Source: an uncultured Thermoanaerobaculia bacterium (GTDB taxonomy: Bacteria > Acidobacteriota > Thermoanaerobaculia > Multivoradales > J023). From it: a stretch of DNA of 64,000 bases. Of this stretch, positions 51,922 through 63,011 are shown piece after piece. Position 1 is the stretch's first letter, and the number at the start of each line of letters is the position of its first letter. Both the position numbers and the translations under genes were made by a program. The notes beneath the pieces were generated by a model, which searched no databases, was not told the DNA's origin, and saw only the letters and a list, made by a program, of their open reading frames with translations. The stretch covers positions 12,648 through 76,647 of the forward strand of contig CAZMEL010000002.1 of NCBI GenBank assembly GCA_964565225.1, written 5' to 3'.

Positions 51922-53634
51922 CTAGGCCGGAGCCGGAGTTTTCTTCATCTTGGTGATCAGAACGTGTTGGAGCATGGTGAGGACATTGTTGGTTGCCCAG
52001 TAGAGCACCAAACCACTCGGGAACGTAAAAGCGAAGACTGTGAACATGATGGGCATGAGCTGCAGAATCTTCTTCTGCACCGGGTCCGCCACACTGGGCA
52101 TCATCTTCTGTGTCAGAACACTCGTCGCACCCATCACCAGTGGAAGTATCCATTTGGGATCGGACGCGGAGAGATCTTGAATCCACAGGATCCAAGGAGC
52201 ATTCCGGAGCTCCACTGCAGTCGATAGCAGCTTGTACAGTGCAAAGAAAACCGGCATCTGCAAGAGGACGGGCAGGCAGCCGCTCGCCGGGTTGACCCCC
52301 GCTTGTTTGTAGATGGTCATGACCTCGTCGTTCATCTGCCGTTGGGCATCGAGGTTCGGACGACCCTGCTTGTCCTTCATCTTGCTTCGGTACTTGTTCC
52401 GAATCGCCTGGATCTTCGGATTGAGCTCCTGCATCTTGGTCATCGACTCCTGGCTCTTGTAGGTCAGAGGGAGGAAGACCAAGCGGATGATGAAGGTGAT
52501 GATGATGATCGCCCAACCATAGTTGGAGACGACTTCCTGGTAGATCCACTCGAGCCCGAAGTAGAGCGGTTTGGCGAGGAATCCGAGAAAACCCCAGTGC
52601 ACCGTTTCTTCCAGACCGTGGGGCAGCTGGAGCAAGGTGCTGTAACGCTTGGCACCCGCGTAGGCTTCGAGCTCCATCCGTTCCCCGGAGCTGTTGAGAA
52701 GAATCAACTGGGACTCGACGAGCTCTTCGTCACCGGGATCGGACCCCATGGGCAAGAAGCGAGGCTCACCTTCGACGACCTCCATTCGCTGCACCACCGG
52801 GCGAATCACTACTTCTCCAACCCCTTGTCTAGGGACCGCCGCAAAGAGAAAGAAGTTGTCTTCGAGGGATACCCAGCTCAGACCCGCTCCGGAGACGAAC
52901 AGATCCTCTTCGAGATCGCCTGGAGCGGAGAGCTCGACCGAGCCAGCCTTTCGATATCCCACGTTTCGCAGAAGGTAACGGTTGTCTGCTTCTTTCGAAT
53001 CGAGATTTCTCAACCCCGGACCCAGCACCAGGCTCCAATGTCGCTGGTTCGCCACTTCGACCGAGACCTGCAGGAATCCTCTCGAATCCAGCGAGAAGGT
53101 CTTGGTTGCATCGCCAGAGGCACTCCGATGCCGAAATCGAACCTGATCTCCTTCGGCTCCGGAAGATGGCTCGCTGGTGAAGAGAGCCCTGTTCAGACGG
53201 TGCGACCTCGTTCCGTCCACGACCAAGGAGAAGGGATAGGGGTCGGTTCCACGATCCCGCACCATCTCGATCGGATCCCCTTCAGAGGTCAGCTCCTGCA
53301 GGAGCTGCAAGGAAACCAGCTGGGCTCCGCGATTGGAAAAAGTTGCCCGTACCCTCTCGTTGGAAAGCACCACCATCTTTTCCGCTGATGCCGCGATCTC
53401 CTCGAGAGGCTCGGCAGGAACCTGAGGCTCAGGACTCTCTCGAACCTCTTCTTCTCCAGATGAAGGATCCTCCGATCCAATCACCTCTCTCTCCGTTTCG
53501 GCGGCTTCTTCCAGGGGAGCTTCTCGAACCTGCGGCTCCGGCGGCTCCGGAAGAGTTGGAGGGAACATGAAGTTCCAGAGAACGACAATGAGAAAGGAGA
53601 GGAATGCAGCTAGGAGCAGTCGGCGGTTTTCCAC
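51922..53634 (-). CDS. yidC: membrane protein insertase YidC
   Basis: 570 aa. N-terminal TM, large periplasmic domain, conserved C-terminal 5-TM core (..PVLLQMPVFFALY..). Confidence 0.9.
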   Translation of the reverse strand: MENRRLLLAAFLSFLIVVLWNFMFPPTLPEPPEPQVREAPLEEAAETEREVIGSEDPSSGEEEVRESPEPQVPAEPLEEIAASAEKMVVLSNERVRATFSNRGAQLVSLQLLQELTSEGDPIEMVRDRGTDPYPFSLVVDGTRSHRLNRALFTSEPSSGAEGDQVRFRHRSASGDATKTFSLDSRGFLQVSVEVANQRHWSLVLGPGLRNLDSKEADNRYLLRNVGYRKAGSVELSAPGDLEEDLFVSGAGLSWVSLEDNFFLFAAVPRQGVGEVVIRPVVQRMEVVEGEPRFLPMGSDPGDEELVESQLILLNSSGERMELEAYAGAKRYSTLLQLPHGLEETVHWGFLGFLAKPLYFGLEWIYQEVVSNYGWAIIIITFIIRLVFLPLTYKSQESMTKMQELNPKIQAIRNKYRSKMKDKQGRPNLDAQRQMNDEVMTIYKQAGVNPASGCLPVLLQMPVFFALYKLLSTAVELRNAPWILWIQDLSASDPKWILPLVMGATSVLTQKMMPSVADPVQKKILQLMPIMFTVFAFTFPSGLVLYWATNNVLTMLQHVLITKMKKTPAPA

Positions 53635-53735
53635 TGAGATCTCTTCCTTAGAGTTTCATGGGCTTGTAAGACGGTCTCGTACAGCAGTCACTGGCACAAG
53701 CCCGACTCTACGCATGATCTGGAGCTGATTCGAAT

Positions 53736-53942
53736 TCAGGGGAGGTCGATCCCGCCCGGGAGGAATGGATTGCACCGGACGAGACGAACCAGTCCGAGGC
53801 CGACACCGCGAAAGACTCCGTACTTGAGCACGGCCAACCTCATGTATTCCGAGCAGGTTGGAGAGAATCGGCAGGAAGGTGGGATCAGCGGTGAGATGTA
53901 CCGCTTGTAGAAGACCAGGGCTCCCGCGACGAGACCTCTCAT
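53736..53942 (-). CDS. yidD: membrane protein insertion efficiency factor YidD
   Basis: YKRYISPLIPPSCRFSPTCSEY signature. Confidence 0.85.
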   Translation of the reverse strand: MRGLVAGALVFYKRYISPLIPPSCRFSPTCSEYMRLAVLKYGVFRGVGLGLVRLVRCNPFLPGGIDLP

Positions 53943-54307
53943 TCGCGGACTCTCGCCGTCGAAGGAAGACGGCCGAGAAGCCTTTCGATTTCGCCTTCCA
54001 GCTCCTGGAAGTTGGCTCGGCTCGATGAGGGCTTGAGGTGGACCACGACATCCAGCGAGGCCAGCTGGGCTCGCCGTTCCGAACGGCGAAAGATCTCGCG
54101 GACTCTTCGCTTGATCCGATGACGGACAACGGAGTTGCCGACCTTCCGGCTCGCGGTGATCCCCAGCCGGGAATCATCCAGGGCATTGGGATGAAAGTGG
54201 AGAGATGCGAGGGATCCGTGTTTCTTGCGTCCCTGTCGATAACAACGCAAGAAGTCGACCCGACGCCGGAGCCGCTGCTCACGTCTCAGGCTCTGATCGG
54301 ACAGCAA
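53939..54307 (-). CDS. rnpA: ribonuclease P protein component
   Basis: TTG start chosen just downstream of rpmH. R..RL....DF..V...G motif, RNR-like basic stretch (VRHRIKRRVRE). Confidence 0.75.
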   Translation of the reverse strand: MLSDQSLRREQRLRRRVDFLRCYRQGRKKHGSLASLHFHPNALDDSRLGITASRKVGNSVVRHRIKRRVREIFRRSERRAQLASLDVVVHLKPSSSRANFQELEGEIERLLGRLPSTARVRE

Positions 54308-54326
54308 GCAGCGTCCTTGCTCGGAA

Positions 54327-54461
54327 TCAGGCCGATAGACGCTTGCGGCCTTTGCGGCGGCGGCGGGCGATGATGGCCTGGCCCTGTCGAGTGCGCATGC
54401 GGGCACGGAATCCATGGGTCTTCTTTCGACGACGATTATTCGGCTGAAATGTCCGTTTCAC
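54327..54461 (-). CDS. rpmH: 50S ribosomal protein L34
   Basis: Reverse-strand translation [44 protein letters not shown] (GTG start). Not in the ORF track because it is under 60 aa. Confidence 0.9.
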   Translation of the reverse strand: MKRTFQPNNRRRKKTHGFRARMRTRQGQAIIARRRRKGRKRLSA

Positions 54462-54768
54462 GATGAAAGTCCTATCTCGAAGATGGTCCCTAAATGGCTA
54501 CTTGTCGATCTGCTCTGTCGAAGTGTTACGGCCTTTCCGCGTCATCCTCATCGGAAGGCTCTCGAGCTCTCGGATGGATCCGGAAGCACACCCTCACCGA
54601 TCGAGAATCTCTAAAACTGGACGCACCTCGACGGTTGGGCGAGGAACCGCTAACTCTAGACGGTCGACTCGCAGGTCGTCAAGAGGATCCTCCGGCAAGC
54701 CGACCATCGACTTCGGTATCTCCTCCAGGAAGCGAGCGCTTCGGCTCCCATCTACGACCTCGTTTGAT

Positions 54769-54861
<93 letters not shown>

Positions 54862-55030
54862 CGACTCTTGTTTCGGGAATCCTCGGAGGCTCGATGACGA
54901 AGGGTCGTTCAGTGTTCCGGTCTGCCACAGCAAACCGCGGTGAAAACCAACCCTTCGGTTCTCGAGAGAGCTTCGACGAGGACTCGGCGAACGCGAGGCA
55001 TCTGCCTACCAGCATTCGTCGAAAATTCCC

Positions 55031-55120
<90 letters not shown>

Positions 55121-55157
55121 AGATTCTTCCTTCTTCGGCGATCGTAGATCACCGACT

Positions 55158-55673
55158 TCAAAGAGCTCGCTTCCCTTTGGGCCTCTTTCGAAGCTCTGCA
55201 AAGAAGCTCTTCAGCAGACTTCCACAAGCTTCTTCGTAGACTCCGTGCCTAACGACCAGGCGGTGGTTGAGGCTCGGATCCCTGACCAGGTCACCGAGGG
55301 AGCCACAGTAACCCGCTTTCGGATCCTTCGCTCCATAGACGAGCGTCGAGACCCTGCTGTTCACCAGAGCTCCGGCACACATGGCGCAAGGCTCCAGCGT
55401 TACGTACATCGTACAGCCGATCAATCTCCAGCTGCCGATCTTCTCGGCGGCTCCCCGGATGGCCAGCATCTCGGCATGAGCCAATGGATCTCGATCGATC
55501 TCTCGTCGGTTGAATCCACGGGCAAGGAGCCCACTCTCTCCGACCACTACCGCGCCGACCGGAACTTCCCCGAGCGCGGCCGCCTCCCGGGCGGCTTCCA
55601 GAGCCACAGACATCCATCTGTGGTCGTCTTCCTGGACTCGAGATCCGAGGGACTGTATCGAACCTCCCGCCAT
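55158..55673 (-). CDS. tadA: tRNA-specific adenosine(34) deaminase TadA
   Basis: HAEMLAIR and PCAMCAGA zinc-binding motifs. Start may instead be the internal Met at about 55613. Confidence 0.85.
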   Translation of the reverse strand: MAGGSIQSLGSRVQEDDHRWMSVALEAAREAAALGEVPVGAVVVGESGLLARGFNRREIDRDPLAHAEMLAIRGAAEKIGSWRLIGCTMYVTLEPCAMCAGALVNSRVSTLVYGAKDPKAGYCGSLGDLVRDPSLNHRLVVRHGVYEEACGSLLKSFFAELRKRPKGKRAL

Positions 55674-55796
55674 GGAGGGCGTATGATAGCCGAAGGATGT
55701 CCGAGGGTAAACATTCGACTTCCGAATCGTCGACGAATCTCGGTGGGGGCTTCTTTACAACCCCAAGCGGAACCCGTACTATTGAAGATCGACAAC

Positions 55797-55917
55797 GGCC
55801 CACGAAGGGTTCGGGTCCTGTGCACCGGACGATACCGAACCTCGTCAGGCCCGGAAGGGAGCAGCGATAAGGTACTCGCGCCGGGTGCTGCAGATTCACC
55901 GGAGCCCTTCGTGGGCC
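55797..55917 (+). ncRNA. ffs: signal recognition particle RNA (4.5S, ffs)
   Basis: Contiguous domain IV consensus GUCAGGCCCGGAAGGGAGCAGC with partner GGUGCUG. Terminal helix GGCCCACGAAGGG...CCCUUCGUGGGCC closes the molecule. Lies upstream of dnaX, as in many bacteria. Confidence 0.65.
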
Positions 55918-56092
55918 GTTGCCGCAGTAGCGGTCCACCGGCCTTCCTCTGACCTCAATCCATGCCAATCCCACTGACACTCACCGGCCGATTCGGTGTG
56001 GATTCCAGGCAATTCTCCGAATCCACCCCTGGTCGATCGGCCCACTCCTCGGTTTCGAGAGCCTTTCCTATCATCTGCGCGAAGAAGCCTTC

Positions 56093-57757
56093 ATGAGCTA
56101 CCAAGTTCTCGCCCGGAAGTGGCGGCCGCAAGATTTCTCCAGCCTGGTCGGCCAGGAGCCGATCGTCACGGCGCTGCGCAATGGCTTGCGAGAGAACCGA
56201 ATCGCACAGGCCTACCTCTTCTCGGGAATCCGTGGTGTCGGGAAAACCACCGCCGCCCGAGTCCTCGCCAAGGCACTCAACTGTGAGCGGGGTCCCGACC
56301 CGGAGAAGCCGGCGCCCGATCCGTGCAACGAGTGTCCGCCTTGTCTCGACATCACCTCCGGCAAGGACATGGACTTCCTCGAGGTCGATGCCGCGACCTA
56401 TTCGAAGGTGGAGCAGGTTCGAGAGCTCACCGAGAGCCTGCGGTATGGAACCGCCCGCGATCGCTACAAGGTCGTGGTGCTCGACGAGGTTCACAGGCTC
56501 TCGCGGCAGGCCTTCGATGCCTTGTTGAAAATCGTCGAAGAGCCACCGCCGCATCTCGTCTTCATCTTCGCGACCACCGAGATCGATGCGGTTCCGGCCA
56601 CCATCTTGTCGCGCTGCCAAGAGTACCAGTTCCGCAGAGTCCCCTCTGCCGTTCTCGCCAAACATCTGGGGAGAATCAGCGAAGCGGAAGAAATCGAGGC
56701 CAGCGACACCGCGCTCCGACTCATCGCCAGAGCCGGGGAAGGAAGTGTTCGCGACTCGGTGGCTCTGCTGGACCAACTCGCCACCTTCGGCAACGGCTCG
56801 ATCACCGATCAAGACGCGAAGGATCTCCTCGGTGGTTTCGATACCGCCGTCTTCCTTCGCCTCCTCGAGGCGTTGATCGGCGGCCGAAGTCGGGAGATCT
56901 CACAGATCGTTCGGGAGATCGAAGCCAACGGCTGGGATCCTCACAATGTCTTCAGCCAGTTTCTGGGATTCACCCGAGATGCTCTTCATCTCGTTCTCGA
57001 CGGCAGCCCGGATCAGGTCGATCTACCCCTCGAAGAGGCTCGATCCCTCGAGAAGATCGTACAACCAGCCGGATACGAGAATCTGCTGCGAATCACCCAG
57101 CTCCTCTTGTCGAGCGAGCCTTCGGTTCGCCGAAGTGAGTTCGGGAGCCTGGCCCTCGAGCTGGCCTGGTTACGGGCCGCGGAGCTTCCGAAGGTTCTGA
57201 GCATCGAACAGGTTCTCTCCGGCGGCGCTCCACCGAGCTCGACGCCCGGGCCGAGCGGTGGCTCTCCGCCGCGGCGTTCCTCCGGCTCCGGAGCCAACAT
57301 CGCAACCTCACCACCGAAAGCTCCCCTCCAGGTCGAGACGCGGGCTCCGGAAGCAGCCGCCACCATCACCCCGGTTGCGGTCGCCGAGGCGGACCGGATT
57401 CCGAAGCTGCTCCGCGACATCGGCTCGAAACGCCCCTCTCTGCGACCGCTCCTCAAACGCAATCCCTTGAAGGCCGAAGACGGGCGGCTTCTGGTGTCCA
57501 GGTCCGACTCTCAGCTCAAGAGTGCCCTCGAGAGAGCGTCGAATCGCCAGATCTTCGATCAGATCGTGACCGAGATCTGGGGACGCGAAGATGCCTGGGA
57601 CTGGTACGATGGGCAGAAGCTTTCCTCATCTCGAGAACAACCCGCCGCCGCTACCGAGCCCTTCCAGGAAGTCCGAAACCACCCGACCGTGAAAGCCGTC
57701 CTCGAGGTCTTCGGCGGATCGATTCAAAGCGTGCAACCCAGCACCAAGGAGACCTGA
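56093..57757 (+). CDS. dnaX: DNA polymerase III subunits gamma/tau
   Basis: ARKWRPQ..LVGQE N-terminus. Walker A GIRGVGKTT, zinc module CNECPPC, DEVHRLS, SRC motif. Confidence 0.9.
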   Translation: MSYQVLARKWRPQDFSSLVGQEPIVTALRNGLRENRIAQAYLFSGIRGVGKTTAARVLAKALNCERGPDPEKPAPDPCNECPPCLDITSGKDMDFLEVDAATYSKVEQVRELTESLRYGTARDRYKVVVLDEVHRLSRQAFDALLKIVEEPPPHLVFIFATTEIDAVPATILSRCQEYQFRRVPSAVLAKHLGRISEAEEIEASDTALRLIARAGEGSVRDSVALLDQLATFGNGSITDQDAKDLLGGFDTAVFLRLLEALIGGRSREISQIVREIEANGWDPHNVFSQFLGFTRDALHLVLDGSPDQVDLPLEEARSLEKIVQPAGYENLLRITQLLLSSEPSVRRSEFGSLALELAWLRAAELPKVLSIEQVLSGGAPPSSTPGPSGGSPPRRSSGSGANIATSPPKAPLQVETRAPEAAATITPVAVAEADRIPKLLRDIGSKRPSLRPLLKRNPLKAEDGRLLVSRSDSQLKSALERASNRQIFDQIVTEIWGREDAWDWYDGQKLSSSREQPAAATEPFQEVRNHPTVKAVLEVFGGSIQSVQPSTKET

Positions 57758-57759
57758 TC

Positions 57760-58053
57760 GTGAACATGCAGAAGCTCCTCAAACAAGCCCAGGAGATGCA
57801 GGACAAAATGCAGCGAGAGCTGGGCGAGACCATCACCGAGGCCAGTGTCGGAGGTGGCATCGTGGCCGTGAAGATGGACGGACACAAACATCTGCTGGCG
57901 GTGAAGATCGATCCCGAAGCAATGGATCCGGAAGATCCGGAGATGCTCGAAGATCTGATCGTCGCCGCGGTCAACGAGGCCAGTCGCAAGATGGACGAAA
58001 CCCTGCGGCACAAGGTGGGCTCGTTAGCGACCAATCTCCCAAGCCTTTTCTAG
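57760..58053 (+). CDS. ybaB: nucleoid-associated protein YbaB/EbfC
   Basis: MNMQKLLKQAQEMQ...GGGIVAVKMDG signature. Conserved position between dnaX and recR. Confidence 0.85.
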   Translation: MNMQKLLKQAQEMQDKMQRELGETITEASVGGGIVAVKMDGHKHLLAVKIDPEAMDPEDPEMLEDLIVAAVNEASRKMDETLRHKVGSLATNLPSLF

Positions 58054-58142
58054 TGGACCGCTCCTCGCAGCCCAAAGGGTGGATCCATGGATCGGATCCT
58101 TTCGTACATGCCAAGAATTCGATCCATGTAGGCGTCTAGCCC

Positions 58143-58733
58143 ATGTCCGATCCTCTTTCTCGGCTCGTCGGTGAGCTCGCGCGGCTGCCCGGAGTGGGTC
58201 CGAAAACGGCCAATCGGCTGGCACACCACCTGCTTCGAGTTTCCCGGCCGGAAGCCGCAAACCTCTCGCAGGCGATCCTCGACGTCAAAGATCAGCTCTT
58301 CCACTGCAGCCGCTGCCACTCCATCACCGCCGTAGATCCCTGTTCGATCTGCTCCGATCCAGAGAGAGACCGGCAGCAGATCTGTGTCGTCGAAGAGCCT
58401 TTCAATATTCAACCCATCGAGCGAACCGGTGAGCACCGCGGTCTCTACCACGTATTGCTCGGGGTTCTCTCCCCACAACGGGGGATCGGTCCGCAAGACC
58501 TCACCATCGACTCTTTGTTGCGACGCCTCGAAGAAAACGAGGTACGCGAAGTCATTCTGGCAACCAATCCCAACGTCGAAGGAGAGGCGACGGCTCTGTA
58601 CCTCGCTCGCCTCCTCAAACCCCGGGGAATCCAGGTCAGCCGGCTGGCCTTCGGTATGCCGGTCGGGGCCGATATCGAATTCACCGACGAAGTGACCCTC
58701 GGACGGTCACTCGCCGGCCGTCAGCTTCTCTGA
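58143..58733 (+). CDS. recR: recombination protein RecR
   Basis: HhH LPGVGPKTA, C4 zinc finger CSRCHS...CSIC, Toprim domain. Confidence 0.9.
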   Translation: MSDPLSRLVGELARLPGVGPKTANRLAHHLLRVSRPEAANLSQAILDVKDQLFHCSRCHSITAVDPCSICSDPERDRQQICVVEEPFNIQPIERTGEHRGLYHVLLGVLSPQRGIGPQDLTIDSLLRRLEENEVREVILATNPNVEGEATALYLARLLKPRGIQVSRLAFGMPVGADIEFTDEVTLGRSLAGRQLL

Positions 58734-58754
58734 TCCCTCGACCTGGACCACCGA

Positions 58755-60071
58755 ATGGCCGAGACTACCCGGTCCAACCTCCGCCGCGGCGATCTCCTAC
58801 CGAAGATCCTGGTCGATCCCCCCGGGCCCCGATCCCTCGAGCTGAGCTCTCGGCTCGCCCGAGCCGAGCCTCCGGGCATCAATACTCTCTATCGAGACCA
58901 GCCCAACATCGTCTGGCACGAGGCCCTCGGCTCCAATGTCCTCGATGTCGACGGGAACCGCTTCCTCGATCTGACAGCCGGCTTCGGAGTCGCCGCGGTC
59001 GGGCATCGCCATCCCGAGGTCGTCGCAGCCGTTCGCTCCCAATCGGAGCGGCTGATCCACGGCCTCGGCGACGTCTGTGGCCACGAGATCCGGATCGATC
59101 TGGCCGAACGCCTGAATGCAATCGCTCCGATGCCCGAAGCACAGACCTACTTTGCAGTCTCCGGCGCCGATGCGGTCGAGATTGCACTCAAGACCACTCT
59201 TCTCTTCTCGGGAAGACCGAAGTTCCTGGCTTTCGATCCCTCGTATCACGGCCTGACCCTGGGAGCGCTCTCGGCCACCTCTCGTCCGGAATTTCGAGAG
59301 CCTTTCACAGAGCACCTGCACGAGCATTGCCTCCGCCTGCCCTTCGGCTGCCCGATAGCCGAGCTGGAACGAGTCTTCTCCGAGCACTCCGATCTCGGCG
59401 CGATTCTCTTCGAGCCCATCGTCGGTCGAGAAGGGGTCTTGATTCCTCCACGAAGATGGCTCTCGGAGCTCTTCAGAATGGCCCGGCGATCGGGTGTCCT
59501 CACGATTGCCGACGAGGTTTTCACCGGCGGCGGAAGAACCGGAGCCTTCTTTGCAACCGAGAGCGAAGAATTGATTCCGGACCTGATCGTCTGTGGCAAG
59601 GCGATCGCCGGGGGCCTCCCCATCGGAGCAGTCCTCGGGCGCAAGGAGATCTTTCGTGCCTGGAAGACCTCGGGCGAGGCTCGGCACACGGCTACTTTCG
59701 TGGCCCATCCCCTCGCCTGTGCCTCGGCCCTGGCGACCCTCGATGTCCTCCGCGACCAGAACCTGGTGGCCCGAGCGGCGAGCCTGGGTGCGGAGATCCA
59801 GAAGCGATGCTCTTCCTGGCCAGATCGTTACGAGGTGCTTCGCGAGACTCGAGGGCAAGGTCTGCTCTGGGGTTTCGAGATGTCGAGCGCCGAACATGCG
59901 AGCCAGGCGATGCTCCGAGCTCGTTCGAAGGGTATCCTGATCCTGGCAGGAGGTCCGAAGGGAACCGTGCTCCAGCTCGCTCCGCCCTTGACCATCCATC
60001 GACGTCAGCTCGATGTTTCTCTCGAGATCCTCGAAGAGATCTTCCTTCAGCTTTCCGGAGACCGGCGATGA
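58755..60071 (+). CDS. class III (omega) aminotransferase family protein
   Basis: PLP-fold-I AT-III features: DEVFTGGGRTG, PLP Lys in LIVCGKAIAGG. 438 aa. Confidence 0.75.
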   Translation: MAETTRSNLRRGDLLPKILVDPPGPRSLELSSRLARAEPPGINTLYRDQPNIVWHEALGSNVLDVDGNRFLDLTAGFGVAAVGHRHPEVVAAVRSQSERLIHGLGDVCGHEIRIDLAERLNAIAPMPEAQTYFAVSGADAVEIALKTTLLFSGRPKFLAFDPSYHGLTLGALSATSRPEFREPFTEHLHEHCLRLPFGCPIAELERVFSEHSDLGAILFEPIVGREGVLIPPRRWLSELFRMARRSGVLTIADEVFTGGGRTGAFFATESEELIPDLIVCGKAIAGGLPIGAVLGRKEIFRAWKTSGEARHTATFVAHPLACASALATLDVLRDQNLVARAASLGAEIQKRCSSWPDRYEVLRETRGQGLLWGFEMSSAEHASQAMLRARSKGILILAGGPKGTVLQLAPPLTIHRRQLDVSLEILEEIFLQLSGDRR

Positions 60072-60634
60072 ACAACTGCTTCAAGATCGCCTTCATCGGC
60101 AGCCACGGAGTGGGGAAGACCACTCTCTGCTACGGCCTGGCGGCGCGACTGAAAGCCCGGGATTTCTCCCTCGACGTCGTGGGCGAGATCGCCAGGCGCT
60201 GCCCGTTGCCCATCAACCGAAACACCACCCTGGCTGCTCAAACCTGGATTCTCCACGTGCAGATCGCCGAGGAGGTCATCTCCGGAGAACGAAACGACAT
60301 CGTCATCTGCGATCGCAGCGTGCTCGACAACTTCGTCTATCTGCTCCTTTCATCCGGTAGTCAGCCCACTCTCGATTCCCTCGTCTCCAGCTGGCTCGAC
60401 TCGTATTCGCTCCTGGTCTGGGTCCCGGTGCTCGACGATCCGAAAGCCGATGGCCTTCGTTCCACCGACCCTTCCTTCCAGCTCGCCGTACACGACCGCC
60501 TGGAGCTCGAAGTCGAAAAACGTGGTCTCGAGATCCTGGATCTCGAAGGAATTCCGCGCCAAGACTGGCTGGACTCGGTCGAGACCGAGGTTCATCGCAG
60601 GCTCCGCTCTCCGGCTCAGCTCGAGCTGTTATGA
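60068..60634 (+). CDS. P-loop NTPase (AAA_28-like ATPase/kinase), 188 aa
   Basis: ATG overlapping the aminotransferase stop. Walker A IAFIGSHGVGKTTL. Walker B-like IVICDRS. Confidence 0.5.
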   Translation: MNNCFKIAFIGSHGVGKTTLCYGLAARLKARDFSLDVVGEIARRCPLPINRNTTLAAQTWILHVQIAEEVISGERNDIVICDRSVLDNFVYLLLSSGSQPTLDSLVSSWLDSYSLLVWVPVLDDPKADGLRSTDPSFQLAVHDRLELEVEKRGLEILDLEGIPRQDWLDSVETEVHRRLRSPAQLELL

Positions 60635-60708
60635 TGACAAGGCAAATCGCTCGACTAGCCTGGAAAATCCACCAGGCTGCTGCTTTTCCAGGCTAGGACA
60701 TTCGACCT

Positions 60709-61698
60709 GTGGACACCTATCTTCGTCTTCGGCAATTCGACATCCTCTCCCATTTCTCGAATTCTCAGATCGAGCAGATCGGTGAATGTATCTCCGTGGC
60801 CCGACATCTCGAAGAGACCAAGATTCTGGAAGAGGGCGACTCGAGTCGAGACCTCTTTCTGGTCGATGCCGGCAAGATCGAAATCCAACGAGACACTCCC
60901 TACGGGAACTTTTCCCTGGCGAGCCTGGCGGTTGGAGATTTGTTCGGCGAGACGAGCTTCGTTGACGACCATGCCCGTTCGGGAGATGCCGTCGCCCGGG
61001 GCGATACCACCCTCTTCACCATCCACCAAGCAGCCGCCTCCAAGGTGATGGAAGAGGACAAACGCTTCGCATTGGCGCTCTACTGGACGATCTGGAAGAG
61101 TCTTTCCCAGAAGCTCCGCCTGACCAACGAGACTCTGGCCCATTTCTTCACCAAGGCGAAGATGCCTCCATCGCAGAAGGAGCTCCAGAGCTCTCCGGGA
61201 GAGGAATTCCATGTCGGAGTCGGCGCCAAACGCGATCTCTTTCGGGAGCAGAAGCTCTCTCCGATGGAGATCAACTTCCTCGCGACCTTGTCCAAGGAAC
61301 GGAAGCTCGCCCCGGGCACCTACGTTTTTCGCGAGGGGGATCAGGGCGATCACATGTATATCGTTCTCGACGGCAAGGTCATGATCAGCAAAGAGATCCT
61401 CGGCTCCGGAGAAGAAGCTCTCGCCTTCCTCGAACGTGGAGATTATTTCGGCGAGATGGCGTTGATCGACAACCAGCCGCGTTCGGCCGATGCCAAGACC
61501 CATGAAGAAGGTGCGGTCGTGCTGGCCATTCCACGAGAAGTGCTCGAAGGGATCCTCGACATCCAGAAAGTCTCTTCGCTCCGCCTCCTGACGATCCTCT
61601 GCAATCTGGTAGCGAAGCGGCTGCGAGAGATCGACGACAAGCTGGTGAGCTGGTACATCTTCAATGCCGGATCTGGAGAATCTCTGCAGATCCCCTGA
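60709..61698 (+). CDS. tandem cyclic-nucleotide-binding (cNMP) domain protein
   Basis: GTG start. Two CAP-like cNMP domains (GDLFGETSF.. and GDYFGEMALID..PRSA). Confidence 0.7.
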   Translation: MDTYLRLRQFDILSHFSNSQIEQIGECISVARHLEETKILEEGDSSRDLFLVDAGKIEIQRDTPYGNFSLASLAVGDLFGETSFVDDHARSGDAVARGDTTLFTIHQAAASKVMEEDKRFALALYWTIWKSLSQKLRLTNETLAHFFTKAKMPPSQKELQSSPGEEFHVGVGAKRDLFREQKLSPMEINFLATLSKERKLAPGTYVFREGDQGDHMYIVLDGKVMISKEILGSGEEALAFLERGDYFGEMALIDNQPRSADAKTHEEGAVVLAIPREVLEGILDIQKVSSLRLLTILCNLVAKRLREIDDKLVSWYIFNAGSGESLQIP

Positions 61699-61711
61699 TC
61701 CAGCCGCCTCC

Positions 61712-62833
<1,122 letters not shown>

Positions 62834-62960
62834 CTTCCTGACCTCAAGCCCTTCTCAATTCCCTCGGCTCTCGACTAGACTTGGGAACTCAGCCTTTCGG
62901 GAACGCGCGACTTCGTGCGGCGATTGATCCTGATTGCACATACAATGACCTCGCCGCAAG

Positions 62961-62992
62961 TTTTCCACAATCTGTGGAAAACCTGTGGATAC
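62961..62992 (+). promoter_or_regulatory. cluster of three DnaA-box-like 9-mers upstream of dnaA
   Basis: TTTTCCACA (62961), TGTGGAAAA (62973) and TGTGGATAC (62984). Each is within 1-2 mismatches of TTATCCACA/TGTGGATAA. They lie 20-50 nt upstream of the dnaA ATG. Confidence 0.45.
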
Positions 62993-63011
62993 CTGGTGTC
63001 TCGAATCATTC

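Noticed and set aside
55291-55980. 229-aa minus-strand ORF over the SRP RNA locus
   Set aside because: Region is better explained by the 4.5S RNA (conserved domain IV plus terminal helix).
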